Below the pieces are notes generated by a model that saw only the letters and a program-made list of their open reading frames with translations, was not told where the DNA came from and did no database searches. Shown one piece after another: positions 29,293-37,722 of a stretch of 64,000 bases of DNA (the first letter of the stretch is position 1; each line of letters opens with the position of its first letter). The position numbers and the translations under genes are program-made. Origin of the DNA: a virus; the IMG/VR virus record IMGVR_UViG_3300024518_000034, positions 128,309-192,308 of that record. One strand, given 5' to 3'.

Positions 29293-29879
29293 TGATCGTC
29301 GGCATCGTGAGGGACGGGTCGGGTGAGATACCGCTGGAAGAATTCAGGGAGGCTGCGGACGTGGCGGCGGGCGTGGCTGCGTTCTGCGCGGACCATACAC
29401 CGCCGCTAGATCCCGCAGACTATGTCGGCATCGACACGGGCTGGGCACCAGGCGCGTCGGAGTTGCAAAAGCAATGGGCATGGGACGGGTCCGCGCTGAC
29501 GCAGATCGGGTGGCGCTCGCCCATCATGGACGACGTGAGCGAGCACCGCGACGAGCGGCTCGCTACTGTCATATTGGCTGAATATCCCGCTGCATCAGGA
29601 AATCTATTCGGGTGTAGCGCGGCCGATCAGGACAACTGGGCAAAGTTGGCCACCCTCGACGAGCGGGGCCTGATGACGTACCCTTTCCGAGCCTACACCT
29701 ACGATCACGCAGCGCATCACGACATCGTAGACAGCGCGGACCTGACAGCAGCTATCGCGTCGATCTCGCTCGCGGTGATGACCGAGCGGAATACCGCGAG
29801 CGGTGTGTTGGACAATGTCGCAGCGGCGACGACAGAGGCAGCAGCGCAAGCGGCGGCTGAACCATATCTAAGTTCATAA
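29292..29879 (+). CDS. putative fibre assembly chaperone (DUF4376-like)
   Basis: Follows fibre genes. HRDERL...Y...F...DQDNW motif. Confidence 0.5.
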   Translation: MIVGIVRDGSGEIPLEEFREAADVAAGVAAFCADHTPPLDPADYVGIDTGWAPGASELQKQWAWDGSALTQIGWRSPIMDDVSEHRDERLATVILAEYPAASGNLFGCSAADQDNWAKLATLDERGLMTYPFRAYTYDHAAHHDIVDSADLTAAIASISLAVMTERNTASGVLDNVAAATTEAAAQAAAEPYLSS

Positions 29880-29908
29880 AATGGGTAAAACTATAAGAGA
29901 GGTATAAA

Positions 29909-30400
29909 ATGGCATTAACACCAGATAAAGTTTTTGGAAGTACTTTTTATAGTGGTACGGGAGAGAATATCGAGCGTATCTTAAATATGATTGAAATCGG
30001 TGGAGGAAGATTAGCTTCCTTAACCGATGAAGATTTAGCTATTTACCAACAGGAAGTAGATAGGTTGATTAATAACAGATTGTCACCATATTATGCTGTT
30101 CCACTAAGTAAGGACGTTGAAGGATTTTACCCCTTCCCTATTCCTTTCATAGCTGCTCGAATAGTAGCCGCAGACATCATCCATAACGAGTTCACAGAGA
30201 TCGATGCTAATAAATCAGAAGCGGCCTTGACCATGAAGCGTAATGCATTAGACGAATTAGACAGGCTGACTATGGGCGTCAGAGCGGGAACACAGAGGTT
30301 AGAGAACCAGAGACTCAAGTCTAGAGATCGTTTCCCACGACCAACTATCATACCGTTGACACAACCCCCTGAAACTGGAGGTGGGAGGCCCTTAGCTTAA
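29909..30400 (+). CDS. head-tail connector-like protein (Mu gp36/DUF1320-like)
   Basis: INNRLSPYYAVPL...P.PI..IAARIVA motif. Confidence 0.6.
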   Translation: MALTPDKVFGSTFYSGTGENIERILNMIEIGGGRLASLTDEDLAIYQQEVDRLINNRLSPYYAVPLSKDVEGFYPFPIPFIAARIVAADIIHNEFTEIDANKSEAALTMKRNALDELDRLTMGVRAGTQRLENQRLKSRDRFPRPTIIPLTQPPETGGGRPLA

Positions 30401-30430
30401 ACGATTTAAGACCCTTCCCCCTGAAGTTGA

Positions 30431-30469
30431 ACAGGTCAGACTCTATAAGGTCTGGCCTGTGTTTATTTT
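30431..30469 (+). terminator. intrinsic terminator ending head block
   Basis: ACAGGTCAGAC/GTCTGGCCTGT stem followed by T-rich tail. Confidence 0.7.
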
Positions 30470-30500
30470 AGGGCGACTTGAAAAGTTTCTAGAAAACTGG

Positions 30501-30529
30501 TTGCATTCACTAGGCCTCATCAGTATACT
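30501..30529 (+). promoter_or_regulatory. sigma70-like promoter (TTGCAT-17-TATACT)
   Basis: Matches the promoter family repeated across the window. Confidence 0.75.
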
Positions 30530-30601
30530 GGGTGTAGTTGATAACAACAGCACTGGCCGACACCGGCAAGCAACAGTCTAAAAGACGAAAGGAAATTTAT
30601 T

Positions 30602-31675
30602 ATGGCTAAGGTAGCAACAGAAGTAAGCGTTCCTCAGGGGACACAGAAGCAAGTCGAATTTGACAAGATTCAAACCGACCCAGAGCAGTTCGAAAATGTT
30701 CGCCACGAGATGGGTGATCTGAAGGAACTGGCTAAGTCAATTAAGAAGGACGGTTTGCTGGTTCCGATGATCGTTCGTAAACGTGGTCGAGGTAAGACTC
30801 TGGCTTATGATCTGGTCGATGGCTGGCGTCGTCATGGTGCAATCAGTCGCCTTCGAAAGAAGGACAAGACGATTCTCACACAGGTTCCTGTAATCATTAC
30901 TACGGCATCCGACGAGCAAGGTCTGCTGTTGGTGAATCTGGTTTCGAACTTTCAACGCAAGGAGTACACTCAGGCTGAGATGTCTGCTGGACTTCATCGT
31001 CTGGAACAGATGGGTATGAAACGTAATGCAATCGCTAAGGCGTTCAACAAGACCGCTGGTTGGGTTACTCAGGTAATGCGCTTCGAAACAGGTGCGACTC
31101 CTGAACTGAAGAAGCTTTCTCAGGAAGGTAAGATCACCAACACTGCCGCACAACGCGGTGCCGATCTGAAGAAGAAGAATCAGAAGGAACTGGTTAAGAC
31201 CATTAAGGATCTTGACGAGAAGGTGGAAAAAGCCACTAAGACGGGAACTAGAGCTACTTCTGATCGCAAGAAGTCGGCAACAACTTCTAAAAAGAAGGAA
31301 ACGACTAAGGCGAAGGAAAAGATCAATAAGACTCTGACCGAATTGGAAGCGAACGAAGGACGCGCCTTCTTCAAACTGGCACTCAAGAAGAAGGAAGTTA
31401 TCGCTTTGGTCGATGAATTGACAGATCGTCTCTTCAACGGTGAGGTAGAGGACGACGAGGCATACGCTCTTGGCGCTCTCGCTGCAATCTCACGTCTTCT
31501 TGGAATGCCTGAAATGGGCGAGGATATCAACGATATTCGTGACTTTCTCAGAACCTTGAGCATCGAGGTTAACATTCCTGTGGATCAGGACGAGGAAGAA
31601 GAGGAAGTCTCTGTGGACTTTGAAGAGGACACTGATGGCGAGTACGAGTGGGAAGACGATAGCGAAGAAGAGTAA
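30602..31675 (+). CDS. ParB/Spo0J-like protein with acidic tail
   Basis: LKELAKSIKKDGLLVPMIVR, LVDGWRRHGAI, NFQRKEYT..E, HTH (RNAIAKAFNKTAGWV). Confidence 0.85.
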   Translation: MAKVATEVSVPQGTQKQVEFDKIQTDPEQFENVRHEMGDLKELAKSIKKDGLLVPMIVRKRGRGKTLAYDLVDGWRRHGAISRLRKKDKTILTQVPVIITTASDEQGLLLVNLVSNFQRKEYTQAEMSAGLHRLEQMGMKRNAIAKAFNKTAGWVTQVMRFETGATPELKKLSQEGKITNTAAQRGADLKKKNQKELVKTIKDLDEKVEKATKTGTRATSDRKKSATTSKKKETTKAKEKINKTLTELEANEGRAFFKLALKKKEVIALVDELTDRLFNGEVEDDEAYALGALAAISRLLGMPEMGEDINDIRDFLRTLSIEVNIPVDQDEEEEEVSVDFEEDTDGEYEWEDDSEEE

Positions 31676-31689
31676 GATGTAACGACAAT

Positions 31690-31736
31690 GGGGGTGACAC
31701 GGCTCGATGAAAGCAGCGTGTCACCTCCGCTTTTTT
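31690..31736 (+). terminator. intrinsic terminator after parB-like gene
   Basis: GGGGGTGACACG/CGTGTCACCTCC stem followed by T6. Confidence 0.7.
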
Positions 31737-31766
31737 ATTATAACAGTACTATTTTTGGAGGATTTT

Positions 31767-32810
31767 ATGGATAATTGGGGTGGAGTATTTGATTGTGGAG
31801 TATTGATTTCGCTACACGTTTCTCGCTGGGGAGCGAGAAAGATGATTAAGTTAGAAGATCTAGGTCTAGGAGAGAGAGACGACCAGGATCGTTTAGTAAA
31901 GTTATTTAAGTTAGGATCTAAAAGACTAATTGATCCAGCACACTTGGAAATCTTTATTAAAATAGAAGGTAAGGCCCGAAGACTTATCGCAAACCACGGA
32001 GTAACATTTCCAGTGGTTCCTACCGCATATTTCGTTTCAGACGAAAGCTTTATTGGTCTAAAAGAAAAATTAGACATTCTTCAAGAAGCGTACAATGACG
32101 CTCTAGATTTATTTATTAATTCATATGAAGACTATAGAGAAGAATGGCTAGATCAATTTTATGAGTATGCCAAAGAAGAGCTATCTCAAGGTCAAGATCC
32201 AGAAATGGTCGCCAACAAGTTTGTTTCAAAGCTATCTGGTTTCTATCCAAAAGCAGAAGATCTAAAAGAGAGATTCGGTTTTGTTTATACCACATTTACC
32301 ATTACTTCTCCTGCTAACAAGATTGACCCTAACGAATACATTGAAACTGTCAAAAGTAGAAGAGAAATTCAGAGACACTATCAAGCACAAGTTAAGCAAC
32401 AAATCGATGGGTTTTTGGAACAAACGGTTAGCGGGTTAAGAAAAGAATTGGTAGAAACATGCGAACACGTTAGTGGATTACTGATGGACGAAGGAAAGCA
32501 GTTTAATAACAGATCTCTTTCAGCTATGTGGAACAAGGTGGAGAAGTTCAGAAGACTAAACTTCGCTGGTGACAAGAGAGTCACTGATGCAATAAATGAA
32601 TTAGAAAACTACATCACTGTTGATGCTAAGAAATATAGGGACTCTAGAAAGTTTAGTAAAGAGTTTAATGACGTGTTGAGTAGTGTAGGTAGCGATCTAA
32701 GGTCTACTCTGAAAACAGAGTTAAGAGAGATAGTTACAAGTTTTGGTCATACATCTAAGAGAAAATTGAAGTTGAAAAAAAAGAAGAAGAAAGAGAGAGT
32801 TGAGGTATGA
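31767..32810 (+). CDS. DUF3150-like helical protein
   Basis: Start moved to ATG 31767 (RBS GGAGG). GVLISLHVSRWGARK, KLGSKRLIDP and YP..EDLKERF recalled as this family. Confidence 0.6.
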   Translation: MDNWGGVFDCGVLISLHVSRWGARKMIKLEDLGLGERDDQDRLVKLFKLGSKRLIDPAHLEIFIKIEGKARRLIANHGVTFPVVPTAYFVSDESFIGLKEKLDILQEAYNDALDLFINSYEDYREEWLDQFYEYAKEELSQGQDPEMVANKFVSKLSGFYPKAEDLKERFGFVYTTFTITSPANKIDPNEYIETVKSRREIQRHYQAQVKQQIDGFLEQTVSGLRKELVETCEHVSGLLMDEGKQFNNRSLSAMWNKVEKFRRLNFAGDKRVTDAINELENYITVDAKKYRDSRKFSKEFNDVLSSVGSDLRSTLKTELREIVTSFGHTSKRKLKLKKKKKKERVEV

Positions 32811-34414
32811 ATTTTAATGAGAAGCTAAATGGCTATATTAGATCTACATATCCCAGCCTATACATAGTTACGTCAGAAGAGCAGAGATGTGAAAGCGACA
32901 TCAGGTATATAATTGAGAAAGAGTTTGCTGGCGACGAAGATCAGCCTGTTATATACAGTTGGGCATTGACTAAGGGACTATTTAGAGAGTATCCTGGGAA
33001 GGAATGGATTAAGACTCACTCAGAAGACGAAGAAACTGGTCCACATGATCCAGCAGCAGTATTAGATTATTTCTACGCTCAGAAGGGTGAAGGAGATTAT
33101 ATTTTAATACTGAACGACTACCACCACTACATTAAAGACCCTTATATTTTGAGAAGACTCAAAGATCTATTTAAGGAATTTAAAGAGAAAGGAGCTATGA
33201 TAATATTCTTGTCACCAGTGTTAGAAGTTCCGGCTGACATAGAAAGAGAGGTAGTTATTGAAGAGTTTGATCTACCAGACAAGAAAGTATTAAGTGAAAG
33301 ATTGGATGTTATACTGGATGCTGTAGCTGGCGATCTAAGTATAGTAATGGATGAGGAAAAGAGAAACAGCGTTCTTGATGCAGCTTTAGGTATGACGACT
33401 GGAGAAGCTGAGAATGTATTCGCTAGATCAATCATTGAGTGCGAAGATTTAAATATTAAGACTATTATTGAACATAAAGCACAGGTTATAAAGAAAACAG
33501 GATCGTTGGAGTGGATTGATTCGAACGTGAACATGGACACAGGAGTAGGTGGACTGGACGTTCTAAAGAATTGGATTAGAAAGAGAAGTAAGGCGTTTAC
33601 TAAACAGGCTAAGGAGTTTGGACTACCAATGCCAAGAGGGGCTATGTTAGCCGGTATACCAGGCTGTGGTAAAAGTATGGCAGCTAAGGCGACAGCAGAC
33701 CTCTGGTCTATTCCACTATTAAGATGTGACATAGGATCAATCTTTGGGTCGCTAGTTGGAGAGTCAGAAGCAAATCTAAGAAAAGTTTTAGCTATTGTAG
33801 ACAGAGTGGCACCGTGTGTATTATGGTTAGATGAGATTGAGAAGGGATTTGCAGGCGCAGGCGGCTCAGGAAATTTGGATGGTGGAACAAGTAAGAGAGT
33901 ATTCGGGTCATTCCTAACTTGGATGCAAGAACGTACTACACCAGTATTCGTATTCGCTACAGCTAACGATATTAAAAGCTTGCCTCCTGAATTTCTTAGA
34001 AAGGGTGGAAGATTTGATGAGATATTCTTTATTGGTCTACCAAACAAAGTAGAACGTGAGGCGATTTGGAAGATTCATCTAAGTAAGGTTAATACCTACA
34101 AGGAAGAAGATTTCGACTTCGTAGGACTATCTGCACTAACTGAGTTTTTCTCGGGCGCTGAAATAACTTCAATTATTGACAGTGCTTTGTTTGATGCGTT
34201 CGATGAAGATGAAAGTTTGGAGATGAAGCACTTAATTGATGTTGCTAAAAATACTGTTCCCCTAAGTAAGACAATGGGAGAAGAGCTAGGAAGATTAAGA
34301 GAGTGGGGTAAGTCTCACGCCAAATTGGCATCAACTCCTGACAAATCTGGGAAGGGTGTAAAGATAACTAAGAAGCGTAAAATAAGGCACAAGAAAAGCG
34401 TAGAGAAAAATTAA
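32807..34414 (+). CDS. AAA+ ATPase, Ycf46 family
   Basis: Degenerate N-terminal AAA (LILNDYHHY), Walker A GIPGCGKS, Walker B LWLDEIEKG, SRH ATAN...LPPEFLRKGGRFD. Confidence 0.9.
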   Translation: MNFNEKLNGYIRSTYPSLYIVTSEEQRCESDIRYIIEKEFAGDEDQPVIYSWALTKGLFREYPGKEWIKTHSEDEETGPHDPAAVLDYFYAQKGEGDYILILNDYHHYIKDPYILRRLKDLFKEFKEKGAMIIFLSPVLEVPADIEREVVIEEFDLPDKKVLSERLDVILDAVAGDLSIVMDEEKRNSVLDAALGMTTGEAENVFARSIIECEDLNIKTIIEHKAQVIKKTGSLEWIDSNVNMDTGVGGLDVLKNWIRKRSKAFTKQAKEFGLPMPRGAMLAGIPGCGKSMAAKATADLWSIPLLRCDIGSIFGSLVGESEANLRKVLAIVDRVAPCVLWLDEIEKGFAGAGGSGNLDGGTSKRVFGSFLTWMQERTTPVFVFATANDIKSLPPEFLRKGGRFDEIFFIGLPNKVEREAIWKIHLSKVNTYKEEDFDFVGLSALTEFFSGAEITSIIDSALFDAFDEDESLEMKHLIDVAKNTVPLSKTMGEELGRLREWGKSHAKLASTPDKSGKGVKITKKRKIRHKKSVEKN

Positions 34415-34424
34415 GGAGGGGTAT

Positions 34425-34961
34425 ATGAGTATATTTAGAGGACAAAGGGTAGCTATTCTGGCAGATGTTCAAAACCTATATTATGCAACCGTAAGAAATG
34501 GGAAAAGGCTTAATTATTTGAAGTTAATGAATACGTTGACAAACAATAGAACGTTAGCGAAAGCAGTAGCATTTGTAGTACACAAAGAGAACGCACAAAG
34601 TCAAGAAAAGTTCTTTGATGCACTAAGATATATGGGTTGGGACTTAAATATCAAAACTCTACAAGAGAGAGAAGAAGGAACAAAAAAAGCTGACCAGGAC
34701 ATGGAGTTGGCAATGGAAGCCTTGACAATCGCTGACAATATTGATACAATAATACTAGTCAGCGGGGACTCAGACTTTATCAATTTAATCGAAAGATTGA
34801 GACATAAAGGGAAGAGAATAGAAGTGGCATCGTTTAATGCCTATACTAGTAACAAGCTAATGAAAGTGGCTGATAGATTTTATTCATTAGATGATATTGA
34901 TGGATTGGTTACTGTAGTAGAAGATGAGATCGTTTCTTCGATTGTCGGAGGAACAAAGTAA
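34425..34961 (+). CDS. NYN-domain (PIN-like, LabA/DUF88) ribonuclease
   Basis: ILADVQNLY, KKADQDMEL, LVSGDSDF, L...AD.F. Confidence 0.9.
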   Translation: MSIFRGQRVAILADVQNLYYATVRNGKRLNYLKLMNTLTNNRTLAKAVAFVVHKENAQSQEKFFDALRYMGWDLNIKTLQEREEGTKKADQDMELAMEALTIADNIDTIILVSGDSDFINLIERLRHKGKRIEVASFNAYTSNKLMKVADRFYSLDDIDGLVTVVEDEIVSSIVGGTK

Positions 34962-34967
34962 TTATTA

Positions 34968-35228
34968 TTGGAGACTGTTGCGATGTTATTTAATGTGCTA
35001 GCTGATGGAAATGTAGAATGTTTGTACACGGAAGAAATTGACTTGCCGTCAGTTGGCACGTTAAAGATTAGTCGTGCATCAAAAGTTGAATTTGATGATT
35101 ATAGTCAGGGATGGATGGTTACAATTTTGAAAACTGGAGAAACGCTTGGTCCTTATAGATCTAGAAAAGCGGCTCTTGCAGAAGAAGTAGCATTTTTGGA
35201 AGATAGAATGAGTGAATATGGCAGATAG
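34968..35228 (+). CDS. conserved small hypothetical protein of the Ycf46 module
   Basis: DGNVECLYTEEIDL...RASKVEFD...GPY.SR..ALAEEV. Confidence 0.6.
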   Translation: METVAMLFNVLADGNVECLYTEEIDLPSVGTLKISRASKVEFDDYSQGWMVTILKTGETLGPYRSRKAALAEEVAFLEDRMSEYGR

Positions 35229-35847
35229 AAAAAGTAATGCTTTTAGAAAACACAATGAACACTTTTTTAAAGAATGGAATGAAAATTCGGCTTACGTATT
35301 AGGATATCTAGAAGCAGATGGTTGGTTGGACAATAGGAATAAGGCGATTGGGGTACAGTTTGGATGTAGCATAAAAGATTATGAATATTTAACTCGTTTG
35401 AAAAATATTGTTTCACATACGGGAAAAATTTATGAAAAAGGTCAAATGGTGGGGTTTACAGTTTATAGTAGACAATGGAGAGATTCATTATTAACTAAAA
35501 GTTTTAGAAAAAGAAAGTTGCCTAAAATTCCTAGAGATTTAATACATCATTACATAAGAGGATTTTTCGATGGAGATGGCAGCGTTTATTTTTTTAATCA
35601 TCTTAAACGAGTTAGTTTAGTTTTTTACAATTTAAACTTTGCTGAAGAAGTCTTAAAGTTAATAGCAAGAGAGGTTGGATTTAGTAAAGGGATGAAGATA
35701 TATAGAAAAGAAAATACAAAAGATAGTTGGTATTTTAGAATAGCAAAGCAAGAAATAGTAGAAAAGTTTGGGAATTGGATATATAAAGATGCAAATATTT
35801 TCTTAAAAAGAAAAAGAGAAAGATTTTTAGAAAGGAGGTCTAAGTAA
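35212..35847 (+). mobile_element. free-standing LAGLIDADG homing endonuclease gene
   Basis: AYVLGYLEADG and HYIRGFFDGDGS double motifs. Confidence 0.85.
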
Positions 35848-35866
35848 AATTAGCCATACAACTGAA

Positions 35867-36277
35867 GTGAAAACAGAGTTTAAAGATATAGATTGCTTAG
35901 TAAAATCTTTAGTAGATAAAGGGTGGACTGAGAGTCAGATTCAAGTAGGAACTAAGTTGGCTTTTAAAGCATATTATGCTAGACAGAATACTGAGGTAGA
36001 TGTTCTCATTAAGAAGAAGAATCTAAAGGCAGGAAGCTATGGAGATTTGGGATTCAAGAAAGAGGACGGAAAGTATACTGTAGTTATCGATAGAGATAAT
36101 ATGAGCAGAGGTCATTATAATGAGAAATGGTTCAACGATCTCAAGCAAAGATATACTTATCATAAGATAAAGAAAGAAGCTAAAAGGAAGGGCTATAAGG
36201 TTTATGAGAAGTATATAGAAACTGATAATGGTAAGGTTCTTCAGCTTAAATTGAAAAAGGTGAGTTATGGCAGTTAA
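35867..36277 (+). CDS. DUF1257 (Ycf35-like) protein
   Basis: KTEFKDIDCLVKSL, YGDLGFKK.EDGKY.VVID, LKQRY...I..EAKRKGY. Confidence 0.75.
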   Translation: MKTEFKDIDCLVKSLVDKGWTESQIQVGTKLAFKAYYARQNTEVDVLIKKKNLKAGSYGDLGFKKEDGKYTVVIDRDNMSRGHYNEKWFNDLKQRYTYHKIKKEAKRKGYKVYEKYIETDNGKVLQLKLKKVSYGS

Positions 36278-36446
36278 GAAACGACATCAAAAGACTAAGA
36301 TAGTTTGTAATACCTGCAAACACCCAGTGAATACTAAGGGTCACGAAGACATGACAATTGCTGTAAAGCATTATATTGGCGGAAAGGCAAAAATGATTAG
36401 AGTTGCATGTCATGCGTGTGTAAAAGATGGGAGAAGGAAGCCATGA
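36267..36446 (+). CDS. small CxxC...CxxC zinc-finger protein (not in ORF track)
   Basis: 59 aa, CNTC...CHAC, overlaps both neighbours. Confidence 0.5.
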   Translation: MAVKKRHQKTKIVCNTCKHPVNTKGHEDMTIAVKHYIGGKAKMIRVACHACVKDGRRKP

Positions 36447-36640
36447 GTGAAGAAATTATAGTTAATATAGACCCTGAGGGTGGGTTTAGTATAGATGCTA
36501 AAGGATTTAAAGGAAAGACATGTACAGAGGCTACAAAGTTCCTTTCAGACCTGGGAAGCGTTAAAAATACTAACTTAAAACCAGAATATAGGCAAGCTGC
36601 TAAGCCAGTGCAGCAAAAAAATTATCTGAAGGGCGGATAA
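36443..36640 (+). CDS. DUF2997 protein
   Basis: EEIIVNIDPEG...IDAKGFKGKTC.EAT..L..LG...KPEY. Start moved to ATG 36443. Confidence 0.8.
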   Translation: MSEEIIVNIDPEGGFSIDAKGFKGKTCTEATKFLSDLGSVKNTNLKPEYRQAAKPVQQKNYLKGG

Positions 36641-36841
36641 ATAGTCCTTGCAAAGCGTTGAGAAGTTGATATAGTACTAGTATTCTACAAAATGGAATGT
36701 TCATTGACAACTCAACTTAATCAACTCAACTTATCAGCGCTGTGTTCTGGGGGTTGTGGTAAGATCTAGCAAAAGGTAGATCATTTTTTGGGGCGCGTCG
36801 AGCGGGGCCACCAAAAAGTTGTAAACTTAAATAGATTAAAA

Positions 36842-36914
36842 AGCAGGGTGGAGGAGTGGTTTCACTCGCGGCTCTCATAAGGCCGAGACGCTGGTTCGAA
36901 TCCAGCCTCTGCTA
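36842..36914 (+). tRNA. tRNA-Met(CAT)
   Basis: Acceptor AGCAGGG/CTCTGCT, anticodon loop CTCATAA, T loop TTCGAAT, CCA not encoded. Confidence 0.8.
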
Positions 36915-36933
36915 TTATTTTAAGGAGGATAAA

Positions 36934-37422
36934 ATGACAACCAAGAAAGCGCCAGAAGAGGAAGTAAGTCATAATCAAAAACTACAAACTGTCATTAGAC
37001 ACATAAAGATAGTACAAGAAGCATGTCAGAAATTGGGAATGGCTTTAATAGATAAAGGCGACGAAGAGTTTGGTAGGAACTTAATAGCAAATAGTATGGT
37101 TCATGATAATTCTAAATTTTCTGGAATCGAATGGGACTGTTTGCACCCAGGCAAAGATAAGAAAGAGTTAGAGATGGCATTACGACAACATGTAACTACA
37201 AACATGCATCATCCAGAATATTGGGGAGGTGCAGAAAAAATGCCAGAAATTTACCTTGCAGAAATGGTCGCTGACTGGTATGCTAGATCTGTTGAGTTTG
37301 GGACAGACTTAAGAGATTGGATAAAGAATTCAGCATATGAAAGATTTGAAATCCCTCCAAAGGGAAAGTTGAGTAAGAAGATAAAAGAATTCTTAGATTT
37401 ACTTCTCGAAAAACCTTTTTGA
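36934..37422 (+). CDS. HD-like phosphohydrolase (DUF5662-like)
   Basis: RHIKIVQ, HDNSKF, HHPEYW, EMVADW. Start moved out of the tRNA to ATG 36934 (RBS AGGAGG). Confidence 0.7.
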   Translation: MTTKKAPEEEVSHNQKLQTVIRHIKIVQEACQKLGMALIDKGDEEFGRNLIANSMVHDNSKFSGIEWDCLHPGKDKKELEMALRQHVTTNMHHPEYWGGAEKMPEIYLAEMVADWYARSVEFGTDLRDWIKNSAYERFEIPPKGKLSKKIKEFLDLLLEKPF

Positions 37423-37569
37423 GAAAGTAGTTGCATTCTGAGAATGAAGTTGGTAGAATAAGTAGAAGTAAATGGGAGTAGCAGTCAACGGTGTGGGGCA
37501 CCGTAGCAGTATGACTACTACATCAGTATTGGAGACGATAAAGGTGGGGCCAATATTGAAATTAAGTAT

Positions 37570-37640
37570 GCGCGGTTGACCGAGTGGCTAGATGATTGGT
37601 TGCAACCCTTTTTACCCCAGTTCGAATCTGGGACCGTGCT
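37570..37640 (+). tRNA. tRNA-Cys(GCA), weak anticodon stem
   Basis: Acceptor GCGCGGT/ACCGTGC, U73, loop TTGCAAC, T arm CCCAG-TTCGAAT-CTGGG. Confidence 0.75.
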
Positions 37641-37648
37641 TTATAAAA

Positions 37649-37710
37649 GCTAGATGCTGATGGAGTTACTGTCAAATGAGAAAAGAAAACTTCATTAACT
37701 ATATGCTAGC
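37649..37710 (+). ncRNA. short Y-RNA-like hairpin, twin 1
   Basis: GCTAG/CTAGC terminal stem, bulged helix, 8-bp upper stem. Homologous to 42228-42291. Confidence 0.6.
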
Positions 37711-37722
37711 ATTGAAATAAAT

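Noticed and set aside
33142-34047. 301-aa minus-strand ORF, and the other minus-strand ORFs in the track
   Set aside because: All are antisense shadows of well-supported + strand genes or RNAs, with no RBS or recognisable motifs.
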